64,000 nt of DNA from Acidobacteriota bacterium. GTDB taxonomy: Bacteria; Acidobacteriota; Thermoanaerobaculia; Gp7-AA8; JAHWKK01. The first letter of the stretch is position 1. Each line of letters begins with the position of its first letter. The stretch covers positions 31,059 through 95,058 of the forward strand of contig JAHWKK010000003.1 of NCBI GenBank assembly GCA_019347945.1. The letters are read 5' to 3'. Made by a program: the position numbers and the translations under genes. A model generated the notes under the pieces. That model searched no databases. It saw only the letters and a program-made list of their open reading frames with translations, and was not told the origin of the DNA. Shown in pieces: positions 1 through 8,810 of this stretch.

Positions 1-1575
1 GGCGTAGGAATCGCCTTCGAGTGCGAGGCGGTCGCGTTCCTCCAGCTCGAATCGATGCGTCTGCTCCGCGACCTTCGAGAGCTTGCCGGCCCCATCCGAC
101 GCTGCGATGAGGACCGTGAAGGCACCCTCGAGACCTCTGTCGCCGCTGTGAAGGACGAGCTCCTCGTACGGGATGCTCAGCTCGAGCGACACGATGTTCC
201 GTCGCCAGCTCTCGCGCTCGACTCCCAATACGCGTGATTCGAACCGGAGCTCCTCCGGCTGCTCGATCGTCTCCGGAAGAACGAGGCTCGCGATCGTCTG
301 GAGCTCCGCCCGTTCACGCGGAGTGATTCTCAGCACCTCCAGCCGGTGGCGGACGGTGACGCCGGGCTGGTCGACCTCGACCCGTATCGAGCTTCGCCGG
401 GGCGACGACTCGGACCGGAACCCGAGCGAGTAGTAGAAGCTGACGTCGTCCGCGGCCTTGCGGTTGATGTGCTCGAAGCCATTCGTCGGGGGAGCGGTGA
501 GCCCGCCGGTCTCACGCGCCAGGTAGTTGAACACTTCACGGACGGATTGGAACTCGAACAGCGGATAATCGCCCATTCGACCTCTCGTGTGCTCGAAAGG
601 AGCGAGGGTGTTGCCGGGGCCATCCCACATGAGCTCTGCGCCGCTGATCCCGGACTCGAGCTCCGAGAGTCCCCCTCCGAAGACGGGATAGAACGTCACG
701 TCCGCCTCGTTCGCCGAGGCGACGAGCCCCCGGATCAGGGAACGGGCGTTGGTGAGCTCCACGATCTCCGGTTCGGCCTGCGGCTGCGACGCGTACTCCG
801 TTTTATCGCTGCCACCGAGCATGCCAGCCATCTCCTGCTGTTTACCCTCGAGGGTCTGGATCGAGTCCGTGAAGGCGAACCTGAGACCCGGCCCGAGGTA
901 AGCGACCATCGCCTTTCTCCCTTCGAGTCCTGCCACGCTGCGAACGACGCTTTCGAGCGCGAGGAATCGGTGACGAAGGAACGGCGTCATTTCGTTCGGC
1001 CGTCGAGTCTGGAACGCATGCCGGCTCGACGCGATCTTTTCGACCATCGCTTCGAGTTGCTCGCTGTCCGTCGTGAAGGAAATCAGATCATCGGCCTCGC
1101 CGCCAAAACCCCTCAGGACCATCATGACGGGTATCGAACGATCGCTCAGCGTCCGGACGAGCTCTCTGAGGTCCTCCGCAGCGTGGTCGCGACTGAAACG
1201 GTTCAGCGCCGAAGACTCGACGTAGATGATGAAGTGCTGCTGGGTTGAGGTGGGAACGAGATCGGTCGAAAAAACAGGAGTTTCCGGAACGCCGGCGTCG
1301 ATGGCGACGGGCGCGTTCGCGTCGGTCACGTTGGCGTCGGTCACCGCGACCTCCGAGAAGTTCGAGATCTCCCGCTCCACGCCATCTTCGTAGATCTTGA
1401 AGTCCTCGGCGGTCAGTCCTCGAACGGGATTGCCGTCGGCATCGCGAACGAAGACGTCGACGCTGGTGACTTCGACGTCGATCCGCTCGACGAAACCGCC
1501 TTCGTCCTGGGTCGCGGCGGGGGAGGCCATCATCGCCGCCACCAGCGACATCGAGAGTCCTTGTGCGAGCTTCAT
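1..1575 (-). CDS. Secreted VWA domain-containing protein (acidobacterial VWFA-related family); C-terminal end lies outside the window
   Basis: Minus-strand ATG at 1575..1573 with a GGAGGT RBS 5 nt upstream. N-terminal signal peptide MKLAQGLSMSLVAAMMASPAA. The reading frame stays open to position 1 (>520 aa). VWA-like core (FIIYVESSALNRF...DLRELVRTLSDRSIPVMMV). Absent from the ORF track because the stop is outside the window. The listed + ORF 346..1248 is its antisense shadow. Confidence 0.6.
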   Translation of the reverse strand, partial: MKLAQGLSMSLVAAMMASPAATQDEGGFVERIDVEVTSVDVFVRDADGNPVRGLTAEDFKIYEDGVEREISNFSEVAVTDANVTDANAPVAIDAGVPETPVFSTDLVPTSTQQHFIIYVESSALNRFSRDHAAEDLRELVRTLSDRSIPVMMVLRGFGGEADDLISFTTDSEQLEAMVEKIASSRHAFQTRRPNEMTPFLRHRFLALESVVRSVAGLEGRKAMVAYLGPGLRFAFTDSIQTLEGKQQEMAGMLGGSDKTEYASQPQAEPEIVELTNARSLIRGLVASANEADVTFYPVFGGGLSELESGISGAELMWDGPGNTLAPFEHTRGRMGDYPLFEFQSVREVFNYLARETGGLTAPPTNGFEHINRKAADDVSFYYSLGFRSESSPRRSSIRVEVDQPGVTVRHRLEVLRITPRERAELQTIASLVLPETIEQPEELRFESRVLGVERESWRRNIVSLELSIPYEELVLHSGDRGLEGAFTVLIAASDGAGKLSKVAEQTHRFELEERDRLALEGDSYA

Positions 1576-1829
1576 GGGTGACCTCCCGTCCGGTCTGATT
1601 GTGATCGATCTATAGGTCACAGCAGGTGTGTGGAGTCAGGTATTCCGGGAGTCTTCATCTCGGAGGTGGAACGCGCGGAGACCCCCCGGTGGTGCGGGAC
1701 GGTGCGCAAAGTTCGCGACGGTGTGGCTCGGCAGACCCCCGCGGTTGTTTACAAGGTCTGACGAATCTCGTGGAGAGGTTTTGAGTGATCTCGAGAGCTC
1801 CTGATCCGGTCCTTAGGTAAAATGATCGT

Positions 1830-2144
1830 ATGACAGACGAAAGGGATGAGCTGCTGACCCGGATTCTGGACGAAGTGGTCAATGGCCGGAAGGCCGTCGA
1901 AGATCGAATCGACGGTGTTGCCAGCGAAGTGACCGATATGCGGCGAGATATGCTGTCGCACTTCGATGCCCTTTATGCTCGATTTGATCGTCTCGAGACG
2001 GAATATCATGCGCTCGCGAACGCGGTCGACCGACTCGAAAAGCGCTCGATGAGCAGGGAGGAGTTCGAGCAGAAAATTGCCGACCTCAAAGCTCGCGTTC
2101 ATCAGCTCGAAACCAAAATCCTCGAGCTCGAAAAAACGTCCTGA
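1830..2144 (+). CDS. Small coiled-coil hypothetical protein (104 aa)
   Basis: ATG ORF with strong heptad/coiled-coil character (RLETEYHALANAVDRLEKR...KIADLKARVHQLETKILELEK). Converges on the GH15 gene. No recognisable family. Confidence 0.4.
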   Translation: MTDERDELLTRILDEVVNGRKAVEDRIDGVASEVTDMRRDMLSHFDALYARFDRLETEYHALANAVDRLEKRSMSREEFEQKIADLKARVHQLETKILELEKTS

Positions 2145-2188
2145 TCCAATCTCCAGGGGACGGCGAAGACCTCACACCCGGTCCGGTG

Positions 2189-4114
2189 TCACAGCTTCAG
2201 CATCGACTGCTTCGAGGACCAGAACCGCCCCAGGCGCCCTGACTGCCGGAACGCATCCCACAGCGCCATCGGACCGGACGTCGCACCGATGAGCTGCTTT
2301 GCGCGGCTCGTATTGCTGCCGCGAATGCCATCGACTCCCTCTTTTTCGAAGAGCTCGAAGAGTGACGCCGTGCGGATCACCGCCATGTGTGTGAATGCCT
2401 GCGGAAAGTTGCCGAGAAAAATCTTTGAGTCCGGATCGATTTCTTCCGAGTAGAGCCCGACGTCATTCGACGCAGCGAGCAGCTCGTCAAGCCGGTCCCG
2501 GGCCTCCTTTTCTCTCCCCAGCCAGAGCAACGCATCGACGAGCCAGAAGCTGCAGAGGAGAAATGCGCCTTCCCCCCCTTCGAGCTGGTCATCAGTTCGA
2601 TACCTGTAGACGAACGGTCCATCCGACAGCTCCTCGCGGATTGCATCGACGGTGCGGCCGAACACGCCGGCATCGATCGGGAAGCCTGTGAACGGTATGG
2701 CGAGCAGCGAGCCGTCCAGATCGCCGCTCTCGAACGATTGCATGAGAGTGCCGCGGTTCGGATCGATCCCTCTCGCGAGGACCGTCTCGACGATCTCGTC
2801 CGCGGTCCGTCGCCATCCGCGTTTCTGCTTTCGGGATCCGGTCAATGCCGTCGCGCGGTCGAGGGTCACCCACGTCATCACCTTCGAGTAGACGTGATTC
2901 ATCGGCTCTCCGCGCATCTCCCACAGACCGCTGTCTGGCTCCGACCAGTTCTCAGCGGTCCGGTCCGCGAGCTCCGCGAGAAAGTTTCTGGTGCGCCGTC
3001 GGGGGCGGCTCCCGAGGGCGCGCTGGAGGTGAGCCCAGTCGAGAATCTCACCCGGCACGTCGTGCTGCGTCTGCTGATATGCACCATTTCCTATGCGCAC
3101 GGGACGACTCCCCGCATAGCCCTCGAGATGATCGAGTGACCGTTCCGGGAGCTCGGCTTCCGAGTCGATGCCGTACATGATCTGGAGGCGTGGGTACGAG
3201 GCGTGGCAGGCCACCATGAGGTACTCGCCGAAGCGCCGGGCTTCGCCGCTGTATCCGAGGACCGACAGCGCATACAGAGTGAGCGCTGAATCGCGCATCC
3301 AGCAGAACCGATAGTCCCAGTTTCGCCCAAACCCGATTGCCTCGGGAACAGAGGTGAGAGGCGAAGCCACCAGCGCTCCCGTCGGGGCGTACGTCATCAG
3401 CTTCAACGCCATCGCACTCCGCACGACGGCGGCATCGTGCGGTCCACCGTAGCGGGAGTACTCCATCCACTCCTCCCAGAATGCCCGTGTGACGTCGAGA
3501 AGCTGCTGCACGGGAATGTCGGGAACGCGAGCCATCGCGGGATAGACGAGCAGCTCCCGGCGATCTCCCGCGTGCAGCTCGATCTGAGCCGCCGCGCCTT
3601 CCGTCTCGTAGACGTGAAAGTCGATGCCTGTCCGGAGCTGCGTCCCGTCGGAAGCCGTCACGCCCCCTTTCATCGTCGTCAGAAGGGAGCGATGGCGGCC
3701 GTAATCGCTGGTCGGATCGTACAGCAGCTTCATGGGGACAGTTCCCTCGACGCCCTCGAGAATGCGCACGAGCGCGAATGGCGCCTCGAGCGTGACGTAG
3801 TCATGCATGCTCGATCCTGGCTTGCGACCGACCGGCATGAAGTCCGTCAGCCGAACAGACCCCGATGAGGTGCGGAAGAGAGTCTCGAGAATGTTGGTCC
3901 CTTCGAGGTAGCGGCGTTCCGATTCGAATTCTCCCGCGGGGTTGATCGAAAATGATCCCCCTCGTGTCGCGTCGAGGATGCGGCAGAACGCCGGCGCGGC
4001 ATCGAACCGGCCGAATGTGCACCAGTCGATGCTTCCTGTCCGGGAGACGAGCGCTGCGCCGTGACAGTCGCCGATCAGCGCGTAGTCACGGATCGGTGCG
4101 TAAGGTTCGTTCAC
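2189..4114 (-). CDS. Glycoside hydrolase family 15 protein (glucoamylase/trehalase-like)
   Basis: 641 aa ORF with the GH15 signature region GFGRNWDYRFCWMRDSALTLYAL and an N-terminal glucoamylase-like beta-sandwich. Confidence 0.85.
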   Translation of the reverse strand: MNEPYAPIRDYALIGDCHGAALVSRTGSIDWCTFGRFDAAPAFCRILDATRGGSFSINPAGEFESERRYLEGTNILETLFRTSSGSVRLTDFMPVGRKPGSSMHDYVTLEAPFALVRILEGVEGTVPMKLLYDPTSDYGRHRSLLTTMKGGVTASDGTQLRTGIDFHVYETEGAAAQIELHAGDRRELLVYPAMARVPDIPVQQLLDVTRAFWEEWMEYSRYGGPHDAAVVRSAMALKLMTYAPTGALVASPLTSVPEAIGFGRNWDYRFCWMRDSALTLYALSVLGYSGEARRFGEYLMVACHASYPRLQIMYGIDSEAELPERSLDHLEGYAGSRPVRIGNGAYQQTQHDVPGEILDWAHLQRALGSRPRRRTRNFLAELADRTAENWSEPDSGLWEMRGEPMNHVYSKVMTWVTLDRATALTGSRKQKRGWRRTADEIVETVLARGIDPNRGTLMQSFESGDLDGSLLAIPFTGFPIDAGVFGRTVDAIREELSDGPFVYRYRTDDQLEGGEGAFLLCSFWLVDALLWLGREKEARDRLDELLAASNDVGLYSEEIDPDSKIFLGNFPQAFTHMAVIRTASLFELFEKEGVDGIRGSNTSRAKQLIGATSGPMALWDAFRQSGRLGRFWSSKQSMLKL

Positions 4115-4117
4115 CGT

Positions 4118-5674
4118 TCACTCGAGCTCAGCGGTCTTTCCGGTCATCGCCCGTCCCGCCGCACGCAGTTCGCGGACGACGAGCGGGACCGTTGCGAACG
4201 TCGCACCCGCCGCAAGGAGGCACCAGAAGCAGAAGGCTTTGTGTTTGGTCCACTGATCGAGCGTGAGTTTCCCCGCATTGGCGGCATCGAAGGCGACCTT
4301 CGCACCGAGCGCGAGCGGAACCCACGGCATCGTCCGGTACCGATCGGGACCACCCATGGCGGCAAGCGACATCGTCGCTGCGTAGCTGCCGAGGCCGAGA
4401 ACCGCATCGGGCATCGAGAATCTCTCGTACGCTTCCGCCGACGCATCGACCTTGTCTGCATCCATCATCGGAAGCGGCGGCTCGGGCAGATGCCGGATGA
4501 TCCCCATCTGATAGAGCGCGATGAACCCCATCGAGGCGGAAGCGAGAGCTGACAGCCCCACGATGCCGCGCCTGTCCTTCAGATACTTCGACTCTCCCCT
4601 GCGGAGGTCGCGGCTCAGCCTGGACGCCTTCTTCTTCGCCCGCTTCTTCTCTTTCCGCTGCTGACCATTCCCTGCAGCCTTCAGACTCACGGCCACGGCG
4701 CCTAACGCGATCGCAGCAGCACGACTCAGCCAACCGCGGTGCAGATTGGCCTTCGTATACCAGTCGTGTTTCTGCGCTCTGTCGTCGAACCGGCCATGAG
4801 CTCCATGATCACCGGGGACTGGTGCCCACAGATTGTGCGGACGGTCCGGATCTTCCGGCTCGTCGGTCATCTGATCGTAGCCGTTGTCGGCGAGATAGGT
4901 GTCTCCGTAGCCGGGAAAGAATGCGTTTCCGACGATCGCCTTCGTGGTATTCCACGCGACGTTCACTTCCCTGCGATCGTTGTCTACGGCCCACATCACC
5001 GCGCGGGCGGCGATCTCGGGCTGGTAAATCTCCCCCACCGGCGCAGCCCGGCGCGGCAGCTTGCTTTTCACCCAGTCGAACTGCGGAGTATTGACTGCGG
5101 GAAGGTTCACCATCGTCAGACGCACAGCGCTCCTGTCGTGGATGAGCTCCGCGTACAACGAATCGTTGAAGCCCTGGATCGCGTGTTTGGCTCCGCAATA
5201 AGCCGCCTGCAACGGAATGCCCCGGTAAGCCAGAGCAGAGCCGATCTGGACGATCACGCCGTGATCGCGCGGAAGCATCCGACTGAGGGCGGCCATCGTT
5301 CCATGAACGACACCGAGGTAGGTCACCTCCGTGACCCGTTTGACTTCGTCAGGCCGCAGTTCTTTAACCGGCGAGAAGACAGAGACCATCGCGTTGTTGA
5401 CCCAGACGTCGATTGGACCGAAGGTCTCTTCGACCGTTTTCGCTGCGGCCTCGACCGCATCAGCATCCGCGACGTCCAGAGGGAGAATGATCGCCTCCCC
5501 GCCGAGCTCTTCGACATCGCGCTTCGCGCCTTCGAGGCCATCCCCTCCGCGCGCGATCAATCCGATCCGAGCACCACGGACTGCGAGCTCCCGCACGATC
5601 GCGCGACCCACACCCGCCGACGCACCGGTGACGACGACCACCTCGCGTTTCTCATCCTGCGCACGCTTCTTCAT
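4118..5674 (-). CDS. SDR family oxidoreductase fused to a C-terminal membrane domain with a CxxC motif (VKOR/DUF4126-like)
   Basis: Rossmann motif VVVTGASAGVGRAI and catalytic YCGAKHA in the N-terminal half. A Lys-rich linker follows, then ~200 aa of hydrophobic helices containing CFWC. Probable true start is the ATG at 5674 (MKKRAQDEK), which has a GGGAGAAAGGA RBS. The track start at 5809 is probably too long. Confidence 0.7.
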   Translation of the reverse strand: MKKRAQDEKREVVVVTGASAGVGRAIVRELAVRGARIGLIARGGDGLEGAKRDVEELGGEAIILPLDVADADAVEAAAKTVEETFGPIDVWVNNAMVSVFSPVKELRPDEVKRVTEVTYLGVVHGTMAALSRMLPRDHGVIVQIGSALAYRGIPLQAAYCGAKHAIQGFNDSLYAELIHDRSAVRLTMVNLPAVNTPQFDWVKSKLPRRAAPVGEIYQPEIAARAVMWAVDNDRREVNVAWNTTKAIVGNAFFPGYGDTYLADNGYDQMTDEPEDPDRPHNLWAPVPGDHGAHGRFDDRAQKHDWYTKANLHRGWLSRAAAIALGAVAVSLKAAGNGQQRKEKKRAKKKASRLSRDLRRGESKYLKDRRGIVGLSALASASMGFIALYQMGIIRHLPEPPLPMMDADKVDASAEAYERFSMPDAVLGLGSYAATMSLAAMGGPDRYRTMPWVPLALGAKVAFDAANAGKLTLDQWTKHKAFCFWCLLAAGATFATVPLVVRELRAAGRAMTGKTAELE

Positions 5675-5830
5675 CTCTGAATGTCCTTTCTCCCGTTCAG
5701 CCGCAGCAAGAAAAACTCCAGCCGGCGATTCGCTCGCTGAACTGAGATTGTCGAAATTGACGTTCACCAGGGCTCGATGTGTGGCGGCCAGTTTCGAGGC
5801 AGCAGCCATCGAATGACCAGAAGCTCTCAG

Positions 5831-6649
5831 TCAACGGTTGGCCTCAACGAGATCATTGATACCGCGGGCGATGATGTCGGGGTGATCTTCAGGAGTGAAA
5901 TGTTTTCCTCCCTCGATGCGCTCGAGAGGCGCATCGAGGTCATGAGCGAAGCGCTCGCCATATTTCACCGGCTGGAAAGGATCGGCGGCTCCCCAGATCA
6001 ATCGTGACGGAGTGCCGCGCAGGCGCGGAAGGTCGTCCGCTACTGACAGTGTGTCGTTGACGTCCAATGATCTCATCTGCCGGATGAGAGCCACTCCAGC
6101 ACGGTCGCGCTCGTAGCGGGACCAGTGGATACGAAATGATTCGCGCGCGACGTCCTGATCATCATGGCCGCGCACGAACAGCGGAGCCACCATCGCTTTG
6201 ACCACGCCTGCAGGAAGATGCCGTACCAGACCACCGATCGCCCGCATCATTTTCACGCTCGGTATCGGCCACGAGTCGTATCCGATTGCATTCGTGAGCA
6301 GAATTCCGGCCGCGAGTGAAGCGCGTCGGACGGCTGCGATCTGCACGACTCCGCCACCCAGATCATGCCCGACGAGAATTGCACGCTCGACCTGCAGAGC
6401 GTCCAGCCAGTCGAGGAGGTAGTCCGCTTGACGCGCGACTGATATCTCCCGTTCTGCGCCCGCCGCAATCGAGTCGCCATAGCCGATCATCTCGAAGCAG
6501 AGTTTGCGGGCGTTGGGAACGAGCGGCGTCACTTTTCGCCACAGATCGGGTGAGGTCGGTATTCCGTGGACGAGAACGACGGGAATGCCGTCGCCATCCT
6601 CCTCCCAGCGTGTCGGCGTGCCGTTGATCACTTCGGTACGCGATCGCAT
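5831..6649 (-). CDS. Alpha/beta hydrolase fold protein (haloalkane dehalogenase-like)
   Basis: Nucleophile elbow GHDLGG in VLVHGIPTSPDLW...ILVGHDLGGGV. Likely start MRSRTEVINGTP at 6649; the track ORF extends to 6745. Confidence 0.7.
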   Translation of the reverse strand: MRSRTEVINGTPTRWEEDGDGIPVVLVHGIPTSPDLWRKVTPLVPNARKLCFEMIGYGDSIAAGAEREISVARQADYLLDWLDALQVERAILVGHDLGGGVVQIAAVRRASLAAGILLTNAIGYDSWPIPSVKMMRAIGGLVRHLPAGVVKAMVAPLFVRGHDDQDVARESFRIHWSRYERDRAGVALIRQMRSLDVNDTLSVADDLPRLRGTPSRLIWGAADPFQPVKYGERFAHDLDAPLERIEGGKHFTPEDHPDIIARGINDLVEANR

Positions 6650-6788
6650 CTGGCGGTCCCTTCGTTTAATGCACGTGCGGTGCTGTCCTCGTTTCTCAGG
6701 CAGACGGCTTATCCTGCCCGCATCTCGTCCGTTTCTCGAATGCAAGCCGCATACGTGCTGTCGTGGTGATCCACCCGAGACGCTGCGG

Positions 6789-7031
6789 TCAGGAGGGCTC
6801 TCGCCGCTGTGCGTCCGCCAGAGCCGCGGAGGCGAGTGACACGAGAAACGGAACCGCGAACGTCAGCGAGATCCGCAGCAGGGCAATGCGTGCAACCGCT
6901 CCGCCGGACAACAGCATCCAGACCGTTTCGGTCTGGTTGATCACGGCGAGGATCGGTCCGACGATGAGGGCCGTGAGAGTCGCGCGGCGAAGATTTCGAG
7001 GGGCGCGCGCCGCCGCGAGAAACCGATGCAT
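6789..7031 (-). CDS. Small membrane protein, NrtS-like (putative nitrate/nitrite transporter family)
   Basis: 80 aa with two hydrophobic helices. Pattern RRATLTALIVGPILAVINQ...TFAVPFLVSLASAA resembles the short NrtS family as I remember it, so the assignment is tentative. Confidence 0.45.
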   Translation of the reverse strand: MHRFLAAARAPRNLRRATLTALIVGPILAVINQTETVWMLLSGGAVARIALLRISLTFAVPFLVSLASAALADAQRREPS

Positions 7032-7149
7032 GGCCTGTTCTTACCGAATGCCCAGCGCACTGTCCAGTGGTTGATGGAAATCAGTGCAATCAAATCCGCA
7101 CCCGGATCGTAACGCGGCTGAGGCACGTAGCCGTGCCCAGGAGGAAGGA

Positions 7150-7878
7150 ATGACCGAACCGACGTATGTGAGGCAGACGAAAATCAACTGGAGCTCGGCA
7201 CTGATCGCCGGATTGATCGCTACTGTCGTGATCACGATTACGATGGCGATCTTCGGGCAGAACATCATGAAGATGCTCGGCTCGACGATGCTCGGCGAGG
7301 ACGCGAGCGTGGGCGCACAGTATCTCGTCGGAGGAATGTTCCATCTGATGGTCGGCCTCATCTGGGGCGTGCTCTACGCGTGGCTGTTCGGTCCCGTGCG
7401 CGTGTGGAATCCGCTCCTGAAGGGAATCGTGTACGGTCTGGCCATCACCGCCATCGCCCTCGCGACCATGCCGATCATGATGGCAATGATGGGCGGAGGG
7501 GGAGCCGGAAACCCATGCGCCGCCAACCCGTGCGCCGCCGGAAACCCGTGCGCCGCCGCCAATCCGTGCGCTGAAGCGCCCGGCAATCCCTGCCAGCCTT
7601 CGGATGTCGCGGGGAACCCGTGCAATCCATGCGCTGCCAATGCGAGCTCTTCGCCCGACCACGCCGGCAATCCGTGCAACCCCTGCGCGGCGAAGGCCGC
7701 ATCCAATCCATGCGCGGCGAAGGCCGGGTCCAATCCCTGTTCTGCGTCAGCCGGAAATCCGTGCAATCCATGCGGCGGATCCGGAGGAGACACCTATTCG
7801 GCGATGATCAGCCTGATCAATCATCTCGTCTTTGCCCTGGCGCTGGCGTTCATCTACAGGCCGCGGGTGGCAGAATGA
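7150..7878 (+). CDS. DUF1440-like polytopic membrane protein with an inserted Cys-rich NPC tandem-repeat loop
   Basis: ATG at 7150 sits directly after an AGGAGGAAGGA RBS; the track start at 7084 is probably too early. Three N-terminal TM helices and one C-terminal helix (INHLVFALALAFIY), homologous in outline to the paralog at 12948..13481. Between them is a ~100 aa loop of repeats: GNPCAANPCAAGNPCAAANPCAEAPGNPCQPSDVAGNPCNPCAANASSSPDHAGNPCNPCAAKAASNPCAAKAGSNPCSASAGNPCNPCGG. The stop TGA overlaps the ATG of the next gene (ATGA). Confidence 0.6.
   Translation: MTEPTYVRQTKINWSSALIAGLIATVVITITMAIFGQNIMKMLGSTMLGEDASVGAQYLVGGMFHLMVGLIWGVLYAWLFGPVRVWNPLLKGIVYGLAITAIALATMPIMMAMMGGGGAGNPCAANPCAAGNPCAAANPCAEAPGNPCQPSDVAGNPCNPCAANASSSPDHAGNPCNPCAAKAASNPCAAKAGSNPCSASAGNPCNPCGGSGGDTYSAMISLINHLVFALALAFIYRPRVAE
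7501..7790 (+). repeat. In-frame 15-18 bp nucleotide tandem repeat encoding the NPC/Cys loop
   Basis: Repeated units aa(c/t)cc(a/g)tgcgc(c/g)gcc occur at least 12 times. Unit length is a multiple of 3. The reverse strand yields the mirror HGLHGFPA repeats seen in spurious ORF 7374..7793. Confidence 0.6.
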
Positions 7879-8810
7879 CATTCCCTCCCCCAATTCGTCT
7901 CGCGGGAGTATTCGCCGGCGCAGTCCTTCTCCTGGGAGGTACCGGCTACTGGCTGGAGCGGAGCTCCGCATCGCTGGATGCCGAAGGGCTGGCGTGGGGA
8001 AGCGGGACGGACCTGACGCGTCCCGCGAGCTCCGGTGAGATGGTGATGATTCCTGGCGGCACGTACCGGATCGGGGACGACTCCGACCATGCGGCTGCGG
8101 ATGCGCCATTGCGCGAGGTCGCCATTCAACCCTTCTATATCGACACGCACGAGGTCACCAACCGCCAGTTTCGCGAGTTCGTCGAGGCGACCGGCTACCG
8201 AACGACCGCGGAACGTCAGGGGGGAGGTTGGGGCTACCGATCGGGAGCATCGGACTGGGAGTATCTCCGCGGTGCCAGCTGGCTTGAGCCGCTCGGTCCT
8301 GGAAGCTCGATCGACGGCGCACTCGATCATCCCGTCGTTCTCGTTTCATGGGAAGACGCACGCGCGTATTCCGCGTGGGCCGGCAAGCGGCTTCCGACCG
8401 AAGCGGAGTGGGAGGTCGCCGCCCGCGCCGGTGTATCGGCAGGCAACACCACTTCCCGTCATCGCGACCCCTCGAAGGATGGATCTGCGAATGTCTGGCA
8501 GGGAACCTGGCCGCGCAGGAACGAGCTGGTGGACGGATTTTTCTACACTGCACCCGCCGGTACGTTCGAGCCGAACGACCTCGGCCTTTACGACATGATC
8601 GGGAACGTCTGGGAGTGGACCGAAGATCCGTACGATCGGGTCAACGCGCCGGAGATGCGTGTCGCCCGCGGTGCCTCGTGGTTCTGCTCGGCAAGCTACT
8701 GCGGTGCCTATCGTCCCGGGTTTCGCGGCAAGAGTCCGATCTCGCGCGGGTTCAACAATGTCGGGTTCCGCTGCGTGAAAGATGCGGTGTCACTGAGCAA
8801 TGAGAGTTGA
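7875..8810 (+). CDS. Formylglycine-generating enzyme family protein (SUMF1/EgtB/PvdO family), secreted or periplasmic
   Basis: ATG at 7875 overlaps the upstream stop. N-terminal signal anchor AGVFAGAVLLLGG. FGE-sulfatase domain hallmarks: RGASWLEP...HPVVLVSWEDARAYSAWAGKRLPTEAEWE...GNVWEWTED...RGASWFCSASYCGAYRPGFRGK. It lacks the DinB-type N-terminal domain found in EgtB. Confidence 0.85.
   Translation: MTFPPPIRLAGVFAGAVLLLGGTGYWLERSSASLDAEGLAWGSGTDLTRPASSGEMVMIPGGTYRIGDDSDHAAADAPLREVAIQPFYIDTHEVTNRQFREFVEATGYRTTAERQGGGWGYRSGASDWEYLRGASWLEPLGPGSSIDGALDHPVVLVSWEDARAYSAWAGKRLPTEAEWEVAARAGVSAGNTTSRHRDPSKDGSANVWQGTWPRRNELVDGFFYTAPAGTFEPNDLGLYDMIGNVWEWTEDPYDRVNAPEMRVARGASWFCSASYCGAYRPGFRGKSPISRGFNNVGFRCVKDAVSLSNES

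Noticed and set aside
346-1248. 300 aa + strand ORF listed in the six-frame track
   Set aside because: It lies antisense to a well-supported minus-strand VWA gene (RBS, signal peptide, open to window edge). The translation is Arg/Gly/Pro-rich low-complexity sequence typical of off-frame GC-rich DNA.
7501-7790. Possible CRISPR array (short regular repeats)
   Set aside because: Units are contiguous 15-18 bp coding repeats with no spacers, inside an ORF. No cas genes present.
7374-7793. Minus-strand ORF with HGLHGFPA repeats
   Set aside because: Reverse-complement reading of the NPC-encoding tandem repeat. The sense strand has the RBS, TM helices and operon coupling.
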